Origin: Octopus sinensis
Taxonomy: Eukaryota
NCBI RefSeq assembly: GCF_006345805.1
Contig: NC_042998.1
Span: 72,602,001 to 72,666,000, forward strand
Direction of reading: 5' to 3'
DNA: 64,000 nt
Under the pieces are notes generated by a model. The model searched no databases. It was not told the origin of the DNA and saw only the letters and a program-made list of their open reading frames with translations. Below are positions 52,581 through 64,000 of this stretch, piece by piece. The translations under genes and the position numbers were made by a program. The stretch's first letter is position 1. Every line of letters begins with the position of its first letter.

Positions 52581-53219
52581 ACTGTAAGTTTAGAGTGAAT
52601 ACTTGATAAGTATAAGCACCTGTATATGTCAGATAGTGGCAGAAGTGAGAGATTATATCAAATATAAATTAAAAAATGAACTCAAACGATATCTGCCCAT
52701 ACTGTACCACCATTCAGTATAGAGTGAATGTTAAATAGATTGGATTGAGTTTATATTTAATTAGCGTATATAAGATAGAAAGACAAAATAAAAGTTAAAA
52801 AACTAACACAACAAAAAGCACGTACAGAGAAGGTAACATATTTAATTGTAGAGTTCACTTTCCGAAGCTGACAACGCAACTGTTTCTATTGTATGAACAC
52901 TTTTTAGGTATGGAAATTGTCATTAAAAATCATTATAACAACATTTTCAAAGCAATCAAATATTAGTTAAATATAAAGTATTTCTGTTGTCTAATACTCT
53001 GAAATTCTCGAAATACTTCCCAATGGTATTTGAATCCACTTCTCATACATGAGGAATTACCTTGGGTGTGAATTCTAATTGCATTTATTAGTGTCTGATT
53101 GCTAAATAAACTTTGCGAAGTTCATTTAAAATTGAGTGCTTTACTGATTCCTGCCTGAAATTTTAATTCCTTCTTCATTTGAATTACGTTACCTTTAAAT
53201 GTTTTCCGAGTACTTTGGT

Positions 53220-53459
53220 TCTGCAACTTTGATTGTATCCATCTATTTATCTATCAATCTATCTGTGTATTAGTTTATCTGTCTGTCTATCAATCTATCT
53301 ATTTATCTATCTATCTCTATGTATATATGCATGAATACATATATATATATATACATACATACACACATACACATGTATCTATAGATACATACATGCATAT
53401 ATATGTATACATGTGTGTGAGTGTGTGTGTATATGTATGTTTGTATATATATATATAAT

Positions 53460-53530
<71 letters not shown>

Positions 53531-53864
53531 ATGAATATTCAGTTGAATAAGGTACAATTAGTTAATGCGCCAAGAGTCCGGTATTATTCGCAGGGCTGAA
53601 GGTAACGTGAATAAAAATCAAATAATAAGATGGATATGGAGGTATTAATGCAATACGGCCGTTTTAGGCAGCTCCATTTGATCGATAAATGCAAGCATTA
53701 CATGAATTTGAAATACAGCGCCACATTCAGTTCCTAGATGGATTTATTGCGACATACGTAACTATATGCGAGATTTATGACAACACACACCCACACACAT
53801 ACATATATATGTATATATATACATATACATATATATATATACACACATACATACACACACACAC

Positions 53865-53908
<44 letters not shown>

Positions 53909-53918
53909 CACACACACG

Positions 53919-53988
<70 letters not shown>

Positions 53989-54002
53989 TTGTATATATAT
54001 AT

Positions 54003-54035
<33 letters not shown>
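53220..54035. repeat. Cluster of (TCTA)n, (TA)n and (CA)n microsatellites around a short unique spacer
   Basis: Direct runs at ~53220-53525 and ~53785-54035. Confidence 0.85.
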
Positions 54036-55799
54036 GCAAATAGAAATTTCTGTAATATATAGACAGAGGAAAATGCATATGAACCACTCAGATATGTATG
54101 CCTCTTTTTGTTTCTATCTTTCTCTTTCTCTTCCCAATCTATCTCTCTCTATATATCTCCACGTTTGCCTGCCTTTGTATTTTGGCACGTGAATATTATT
54201 GCAATGTTTTTGTTGAAAAATTTTGTTCCAAACTGAGATATTTTTATCACAATATTTCTATTATTTTACATACCTTGACCTTGACTTAATGATTGTTGTC
54301 TAACTTTGGCAGTGAATTTCTCACGTCTCACTAACTTCAAGTATACCAATAGTCATTTATTATAACTACACACCATCCCACCCGAAATTAGAAACCATTT
54401 TAAAATTGCCAAATTTGAAGTAAGCGTAGATGTATATTTTGAGACAGATAGACCCATTCACATCCCTATTTATTATTTCTCTGTAATATAACAATATTTA
54501 ATGGCCAAAAGCATGATCGATCATTGCTCGCTATTTACAGATTTGTTGCAAATGAAACATCTTCCTTTCTTTCTCTGTAAATTTTCTATTATTGTACGAG
54601 TTGTATTGAAATATCAACAAGAAAATGACTGATGAGGCCAATGGAGATTAGAAGTTTTTTTCAGTGTTTCAAAACGGGATAACCGATGGAAATTTTTTTG
54701 TCGACAGTGTATGGTTTTACAATATATTTGTTTTCATTTATATTTCTGAATGAAAGACAACATGAACTTAATTTCCTGTTTGGTATGCCGCAACTGTTAG
54801 TAACTGATTAGCAAAGTGTCAGATTTGAGTTACTATTTCTGTAAATTATTGTAGAATTTTCAATATATCATGATAAACCGAATGAAACTTTCTAGAGAAC
54901 TTTTCAGAGAAAGCTAACAGTTAGATGACGATTTATAATTGCTGATATATATATTTTTTTAGATAGAACAAAGCACACTTGAATAGAAATGTGGCACACT
55001 CCTCTCTCGAGAAATGCAATCACTGATTATTTTTTATAACACATTATATCTACAAATGCTTTAATCTCTATAGTTCTACGAATATATTAATCTTTATAAT
55101 GGGACTTATATGTAAATGTGTATTTAAACAGATCTGTAATCTACTAGAAATTTGTACTCCAGCCACTTTACTGTATATTAAAATACCGACTTCCATAACT
55201 TCATTTTATATAGTATTTCTGAATTCGATCTATGGTAATATATACTAACAAGCTAGTTTCGTACATGACCTGCCATAATATTACTTTAAAAAGTAATATT
55301 ATGTTAAGGAACCGTTTTTAAAAACTGAAACTATACAGAACATCACTTAGAATAAAGGCAATAAAACTACTTCAAATTACTTGGTATTGCGAATAACACT
55401 ATCGCCCTCTGAATGTCGGAGACCTATATGAGTGATGAAACTAATGAATATGCAACACACAACTCTAAGCTGTTGAAATACTTCGGATTTGGTTATTTTC
55501 CACATATTCATATGTAACAATTGAGAGTGATTCTATTAAAATTAAGTAGCGCTGTGTTGAATTACGGGTATGTTCTTTAAATGATGAAGTAACTATAGAA
55601 TCGAATTTATTTTCACGTTTCTCCCAATCTATTCCTCTAAATTTAATTCGGGAATTAGTTTTCACCTGTGTTCTATTCTCTCTGGTAAAATGTCTAGACT
55701 AACCTCTGGGCATATAATTTGAAAACCAGAAAACGTATTTCCAACAAGGTATGTTTTTCTCGTGATATGTGTGTATGCATATATATATTTTTGAATTAT

Positions 55800-56310
<511 letters not shown>

Positions 56311-59159
56311 TATATGCATAATTTGTACGTGCTATGAACTTGTTGAGTGAGTGGAGAGCTTTTTACATGCCAGCATACAAGTGCGAAATATATATTATGC
56401 ATATGTGTAACGAAATATATCGCACACTATATAAACATTTCTAGGTTATTATATATTACAATATTTTCATGTAAAATAGCATGGGAACCCACACCTGAAT
56501 ATATCTTAAATGCATTCCAATGGTTAAACTGCATCTAATGGTCTGCACGACATTCAATTCCATCATAATTGTTTCGATGAAGAATGAAATGCACAACCTA
56601 TATATTTCGTTTTAGCTCAATAAATTTTTCGTAAAGAAAAATAAGACTTGTATTTCAGAAAATGAAACTGAGGTGTCTATAAAATTGAATGATACATAAA
56701 GATCGTCTTGTTACAGTCATTTTCTAATATATATTTCAAACCAATAGTTCCATCGCAGAATAGAGGAACATCGTTTGAAAATTAGTTTTCTTCGGGAAGA
56801 CAATATATAAGTATACAGAACAATAATTTCACATTTAATTCTTACGTGATACGTGGAAGCTCAACAAAGTTAATGAAATTCAAATCCGTATCTTTTAGAC
56901 AGATCTTCTGGAGGCAAATTCTGATGTGACTCTTTATATTAACGGCACATATTCAATTATTTTTGCTGAAAAGAATCAAATATTCAATTAAAATACACTA
57001 GCCAAGTAAGAATAATGAAGCTTTGCGTTCCCTTATTAATTCCAAATCATACACCATACGCGTCAGGTAGTTAATACATATACTAAAATGCACACACAGA
57101 CACACACACACACACATATATATATATAAATGCACTTACATATACATATGTATATAAACGTACATACATGCACTGACCCATCCATCCATCCATACATACA
57201 TACATAGATACATATATACATACAGTGAATATACATTCTTCAATAGTGAATGCTGTATTAAATTGTATTTTCAAAATATAAAAGAAAATATGATTTAATC
57301 TTGAAACCTGGATCAGGAAACATTCGTATTCCCCCTCATAAATGAGCCCATGTACAGACATTTTGATATTTAATGTATGGTAATATAATTTTCCAATCTA
57401 ACAAAAATTCTATAACACATAAAACGAAAATGCATAAAAGAATACAGTGTTTAATGGTATTAAGGCCAAAGTCTTAGCTCGCGATTACGTGTGATATTTA
57501 ATTTTGTACTTAATTTCATTAATACTTGAATGAAAAAAAATGTTCCGTGGAATGATTTCAATGAAAACACTAATGAATAGAAACTAGTGACATGAGAACA
57601 TTTTTATATTGAATTTTTGTATATTCATGGTGGTATGCTTCTCTTTATATTTCCCTTCAAATCTGGATCCCTACTTCGAAAGCATGTGTGAATCGTTGCT
57701 ATAGATTTCCATAAAAGGTGAAATGATGAGACGTTATTAAGTTTACTTTGTATGAAAACGAAAAAGATACTCGAATAATACCCTCATTTTCTCGTTTTAG
57801 CCTCAAATTATCTAATTATAAATGGAAAAAATTGATATCCAAGAACATCTGTTGTTGGAAATTTAATTTTCCATTATAATACACATTTTGTTAGCTTTAT
57901 TCTATGGGAACACTGTTGAATATAAATTAACAAAGAAATCTTTTAATCAAATACAATTCCATAGCACATATCTCTGGCTTTTATAGAATTATATTTCATT
58001 GACTTAAACAGAAATTTCGAGCATAAAAAATGAGAATTGTAAATCTGATACGTGTGTTCCCAAAGCTATTTCCAGTATATGTACAATACCTGAAATCATG
58101 AATTTATAGGGATCTTGAGGTCATATTCTACTTTTCAATTTCCGTCACTTTTCACCTCCAAATATATAAAGAAAAAATCGAAATCGAAAATTGATGTGAC
58201 TCTATGGTACATCACAAAGTAAGTCAACGCAAAACTGACCATTTCTACATTGATTTATTTTCCAGTAAATCCACCATTGCAGATAAACAACATATTCTAC
58301 ACTGTATTTCGTTGAGGGGAATAACGAATTAGAAAATTCAGAAACACGAATGCCTGCAGGGAATTTTTATGATAGTAGTCAATATATGCGACAGTATATA
58401 TTAATGTGATAACATTCAGCTGTTGATTGTACAATGAATATAAGCAGTGATATAAACTACACAGCAATCGATGTGAGGAAAAAATCCAGAAAATGTGAAT
58501 ATTAAACTCGAAATACTTCAATATCGATATTATCCTGTAGTAAACAGGGAAAGAGGGAATGTAATTTTAGCAAAGGATCTAATTTCGTACTCAGGATAAT
58601 ACAACACGAACGCAGATGGATTATGTACGCTCATTCTCTACAAATGAAACCATGCATGTTGTATTCAGCTATATTATAGCATCCATTTAAGACCATTCCA
58701 ATTCAGGAATTACGGAGACTATATTAAGATTTAGCGATGTGCCTTATTGCGTGTATATGCAGCCATGTACTCACGCGTATGCATGTGAGATATAAGTTAA
58801 AGATAATAAATTTGTACATGTTCATATCCATACATTTACGAGTGTTTAAATATATGAATATTTCTAATATTGTCAGTTTCCTCACTGTATTATATTCACA
58901 TAAGCTAAATGTTTTGCGGAATCATTATATCTGACGACTCTCACCACTAGACTCATATATTCGGTTTTGAAAATAATGGTACAAACTTTAAATGTTTAAC
59001 CTCTGAACGTATTTGGGCAAAACGACAATAATGCATGTGTGCAATATATATGTTTATATACTGGGGTGTATACCCATTACTCTCTATCATTTTACCGATT
59101 TATAAATCACTTTCCTTAATGTAATTATACTAAAAGAGACCCCTGTAAACGCGCAGCTA

Positions 59160-60708
59160 AACTACTATTCAAAACTATAAACCCTCATATTTTTTAAAGT
59201 TAGAAATCTAGCTCTGTATTTAAGCTGACTAAGGGCATAATATGTTGTAAATTGGCATTTCATGAATACTTTGAAATATAAACCTTGTACCTTTATTGTC
59301 ACATAATAACACATTACAATTTTTCCTAGCTTATCAACATTACAAATCCACAAAGCCACTAATATATTTTCATTTTGTACCAGAATGTTTCCGAAAATAT
59401 TCAACTTAGCCGTATTCCTCATGATCCAGATTACATTTTTAGTATACCTAACGTTACAAAATTTTCCGAAATTGAGCAACGGGAGATTCTTGCACTGCAA
59501 GTGGAAGGAATGAGTAACCGAAAGATAGCCGTGAAGATTCGGTGAAGCTGAACGCCAGTGGATAATTTTCTGAAAGATTATGACAACTACAACTTGGTTC
59601 ATACTGGTGGAAGTCCAAAAGTTACCTCAGAAAGGGATGAAATGGACATTGTCAGAGTAGGGAAGAAGTCAAGCTGCTCCTCTGTTTCTAAAATCAAGAC
59701 ATCAGCAGTTGAAGCCACGGCATCCCTAGTAAGAAGGGTGATATTGAACTATCTTTTACACCTGAAGAAATGGCAAGGGCATACGTTATTGTCTCCCGAC
59801 CCTCAAAACTGTTAAATTGGAGATTGCTATGCCGAATCAGACATGGTATGGTGAATGGATCAGGGTCCTGTTCTCTGTTCAGAAAAAGGGAATTTGTATT
59901 ACTAGGCAGATAAGTATTACTGGGCAGATAACTATACACAAAATTCTATTTATTCCAGGTAGCAGAACAGTAGAGGAGGTCTTATGGTGAGGAGCAATAT
60001 CTGCCGATAGGAAGTTACCACTTGCAATTATAGATAGCCATTTGAATGCTGCACTATACATTGATATGTTGGACGGGGCTCACATTGACAAAGAAGGAAG
60101 AAGGCGCCGTAGCGAGAACCTCATAGTTGAATAGGACATTGATCCTATTCATAAAGAAGAAACAACTTTGGATTTCCTACATGCAACTGGAGTTGAAGTC
60201 ATGTCATGACCAGCAAGATGTTCCCACCGTAATCCTGTGCTGAAAACCTTCAGGATATCTTGCGAATGTTGTGTAAAGCGAAGGCAAGCAGTTTTTATCT
60301 GTTGATGAACTTGAAATGCTAATACAGAAAACCTGGGAAGAGCTTCCCTTTGATCCGCTGTACACTTTCATTGTGAGCAGGAAATCGCATGTCTTTGACG
60401 TAATTCAGAAATGCGGTGGTGAAACAAACTTATGTTTATGCATTGCATGTGAGTATTATTGAAATATATCATAATTACCCTGTTGAGCATCATTATTCCA
60501 CCTGGTGTTATTGTTTTGAACAGGTTTCTTGGTCTGTACGTTTCATTTTTAATTATTATCTAATCTAGATTTGATTTTTCAATAAATTTGATTATTGCAA
60601 TGCCTTCTATTCTAATTCACATTTAGATGTGAGTTGCATGAATTTGGATAGTATATTTCACTAGAAAAAACAGGCAGTGCTCTGGATCTATAATTTTGAA
60701 GAGCAGTT
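59160..60708 (+). mobile_element. Decayed Tc1-family (Tc3-like) DNA transposon with TIRs
   Basis: TA-flanked imperfect TIRs aactactattcaaaactata / tataattttgaagagcagtt. Transposase remnants: GGSPKVTSERDEMDIVR (cf. Tc3 LSVRDERNVIR), EWIRVLFSVQKK (cf. WSKVVFSDEKK), *DIDPIH...*PARCSHRNP (cf. QDNAxIH...WPARSPDLNP). Confidence 0.8.
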
Positions 60709-61409
60709 TATAATGACAGGCAAGGATGATCCATTAGCTTCCTTACAATATTTTCTTAGGGCAATTTACAATTTTGAGGCACATTTAAAAGGGACACAGT
60801 GGATAATGTTAGTATTGTTGATAAAATATTAATTATTGCGCGGATTGGGCAACTTCCTACCAGTCTTTGATTGTCTTATAACATTCTGATTATTCAAATG
60901 TTCCGAAATTAGGTTTATATTACAATTTCATATATATTTACCTTAGGGTAAATATATATTCTATGAATTCATTGTCTTATGATTATTAATAACATATTAT
61001 AAGGAACTATATTGACTACAGGGGAAAATTAAATCACCTGCACAAATCCTCTCAAATTGGGAAAATTGTTGCGATACATGTTTAGGTTGAACAATTGTCG
61101 GTGCATGTAAGATGGAGAAACATATATGGATTTCAAATAAATGTACCCTTCGGTGAAAGAATTGCTCAATAAGAGATCCGAAGATGAGATTGAGATGTGA
61201 TCAAACGAGATGAACAAATCTGTGTTATAGTAAATTAAATGAAGGTTAATGGTCCAGTATAATAATGGTAAAACAGATAGCGATAAGAAATCTTTCGGAA
61301 CTGAGCTTCAGAACTTCATAGGTTCCTCAGTTTTTTGTTCGTCAGATAGCTACTTTCAGTGCGATTGAAGCTGTTTACGTGTTTACGCGGCAATGTGAAT
61401 AGCGTTGTA

Positions 61410-62230
61410 TGTGTTCTTGTGCTCTGTGGTGAATCAATTCTTCATGGTTAAATTCGGTATTTGATGCAGATTTGAGAAAACCATGGACGCAACTGCATCA
61501 TGAGTCTTCATCGGTTATGACCCATAGTCACTTTTAAGCAATTTAAGCAATTTACTTGTTTCTTTTTCGGATGTAATGAGGATGTCATAGTAAAATGATT
61601 GCTTTATATTTGCAGAATTGAGTCGGTATTTGTGTTGTTCCAAGAAATTAAAACTTATGCGTCTCTGTAAAGAATATTACCAGGAGTACATTAGCTGTGT
61701 CTCGTGAAATTGTGCGTAAGCTTTAGTAACCTTGTGTTTCTTTAGCCATAGATATGCACATTCCAGTTATGATCATCCTGCCTTATATGAGTTTCGTAGA
61801 GTATTGTATCTAATTTGTTATTTCTATATTTATGGCTAATGCTTTATTCCTAGATTCTGTAGGGTGTCACTTTAAGTACAAACGAAGAAGGTTCAAAATT
61901 AGTATATATTCAGAAAGCATGGCTTGGAGATTAATGTATTACAAAAAAGTTAAAAGATATGCTGATTTCAGTCGGAAGAATATCACTGCAACTGACGAAT
62001 TTGACACAGCGTAGAGATAGTTTGCAATTGTTTAAAACACCGTAAAACTACAAAAGTTAATTGTTTCTTAGTCGGAATATTAACTGCCGTTCTCTCTGAT
62101 TCGAGAACAATGACTCTAAAGGATTTCCGCCACTGAAAATTTGAGAAAGTGATTGACGCTTGGTATTGATCACATTTATGCATAAGTGCAACGCAAGGGA
62201 CTCCTTGTTAGATGGGAAGATGGCGAGGAT
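61410..62230 (+). mobile_element. Ancient RTE-like LINE RT fossil
   Basis: CSVVNQFFMVKFGI*CRFEKTMDATAS*VFIGYDP (cf. RSTxDQIFxLRQIxEK...LFIDF), GCHSKMIAL (cf. GIPxKLIxL), VYIQKAWLGD*CITKKLK (cf. VYLGSxIxxDxxIxxEIK). Confidence 0.45.
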
Positions 62231-63345
62231 TTTCCAATATGACACTTGTGCACACCTGATAAGAATCTTGGAATATGATACAAATGGGGATTATGAGGAG
62301 ATTTGAGGAGATATGTCAGTTTGATGTTTCAGGTTGTACTATATTTAAAAGCTAATTAGTGCTAATTAAACAAATAGGAGGAGGCAGATCCCTTTAAGAG
62401 TAATGATACTCTTAAATACGACAAATATGTACCTATTTTTATTACATACTAGTAAAAATAAATACGGGGCTTGTGCTCATTGAATACACATTTACTACAG
62501 AGAAGTCATTCCATAAACGATCTATGAACATGATTTATGTTTTTTCTGTTATTTTTTCTACCTGAGATACAGAGGTTTATTCCTCAAAAGTACGAATTTA
62601 TAAATTTCAATTTTATTTAATCCCGTTCCTGTCTCTTCATTCATCGCCTCATCCACAAAATGTTAACTTGTCCACCAAAGTCATTTTAGGATACTTGATT
62701 GGAGGCAGCTTTTCTTTACAAGCACTTGTTCATAGGATCTATAAGTTAAACATTAACGTCATACACCACATATATCTGGAATAACATGAACGTCTTGTAT
62801 TGAGCACTATTACTTGTCATTGAAATATACCAAAAATATATTTACTTTATATTGACTGAAGATGAATACATACTTGTAATGAAAACATTAAATATCTGAT
62901 AAAATTCATGGCTGCACTTAACTAATGTATAAGTATGTATGGCAACATACTAAAATAAATAGTTTTAAGACACAAATATCTGCAGATAAGAAAACTTATT
63001 TACATGAACGATTTATTAATATATTATTTAACTTAACTCACAGACAAATATTTTGCGTTTTAACTGGCTTCTAAATCCACTCTATGGAACTGAAGTTTTA
63101 ACTATGTTCCAGATTTAATTTTCGAGGTCATTTTCCCATTAAAGCTGTCACTATCAATTTAATCTCATGTAAATTGAACAGAAATATATTTCATGTTAAA
63201 CAACGATAAACTAATAACGTTCTGAGTATAATTCCTTGATCTGTAGCTGAAGAGGTTTGTGGGTAAAACACACTTGAGTTACTGCACAATACCGCGCAAA
63301 CTATGTAAAGAATCTCTCTCTTTCTCCCTCTCTCTCTCTCTCCTC

Positions 63346-63397
<52 letters not shown>

Positions 63398-63412
63398 GAA
63401 TACGATATAGTG

Positions 63413-63568
63413 TATACACATAAGGAATCCACTTGTAGGGAATTCAACACATTAGAAAGAACAGCTAGGTTCTGTAAACCACAAAAATAATGGATAAAAT
63501 TATTTACAGAACCTAGCTGTTCTTTCTAATGTGTTGAATTCCCTACAAGTGGATTCCTTATGTGTATA
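63413..63568. repeat. Perfect inverted repeat: 66-bp arms, 24-bp spacer
   Basis: 63413-63478 is the exact reverse complement of 63503-63568. Pairing extends ~13 bp further out (63400-63412 / 63575-63587) past a 6-bp insertion. Confidence 0.97.
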
Positions 63569-64000
63569 AATATACACTATATCGTATGACTAATACACAG
63601 TCTTCTTGACTAATTTTCTTGCACGTTAGACCACTGGAAATGAAAATTTTGATTGAATGTTTTAATTTTAATTAAATTCCATTTCCTTTTGATATGATTA
63701 TATATATATATTGATAATATAGTAATGCATTTTTAGAATTCATTTATGACTCCCTTCATTCAATCATAAGCGCACACATATTTTTAGATGTCCAAACCAC
63801 GATAAAACTATTAACCTCGACTTTAGAATCTATATTTGCTATATTCATATATTCATTACATGGTAGGTTGTTTCATCTCGAACATCCATCAAGTATAGGA
63901 TAAATGACGACTGTCAGTAATCGATCCATTTAAAATAAATTGTAAATATAGATATGAAAAACATGCAGTAAAAGATGTGTACCTTAGAATTTCTGATATC

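Noticed and set aside
53560-53760. GC-richer unique island between microsatellites
   Set aside because: No ORF, TIR, tRNA fold or homolog within the window; cannot be assigned.

Overview
AT-rich eukaryotic non-coding DNA, probably intergenic or deep intronic, with no host gene I can support. The repeat content suggests a coleoid cephalopod, most likely Octopus: three tRNA-derived SINE families I recognise from memory of Octopus repeats, plus dense (TA)n/(CA)n microsatellites. This is an inference, not a database result. The window is a layered transposon graveyard. Retroelements: a decayed Gypsy gag-pol, Penelope-like RT and GIY-YIG fragments, one young 5'-truncated RTE LINE, several ancient RTE fragments and an R4/Dong-like RT fragment. 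DNA transposons: a full-length DD34D mariner, two DD37D (maT-like) remnants, a Tc3-like Tc1 element, Helitron-type pieces, a possible MULE fossil and several MITE/foldback inverted repeats. Most ORF-track entries are microsatellite artefacts. The best candidates for a second look are a minimal type-I hammerhead-ribozyme-like motif (19947-19984, minus), a perfect 66-bp-arm hairpin (63413-63568), a 247-bp palindrome (35512-35758), a near-intact RTE RT region, a near-identical 567-bp tandem duplication, and an unexplained open frame beside a Helitron end (18193-18654). I found no evidence of a wholly new multi-gene system.
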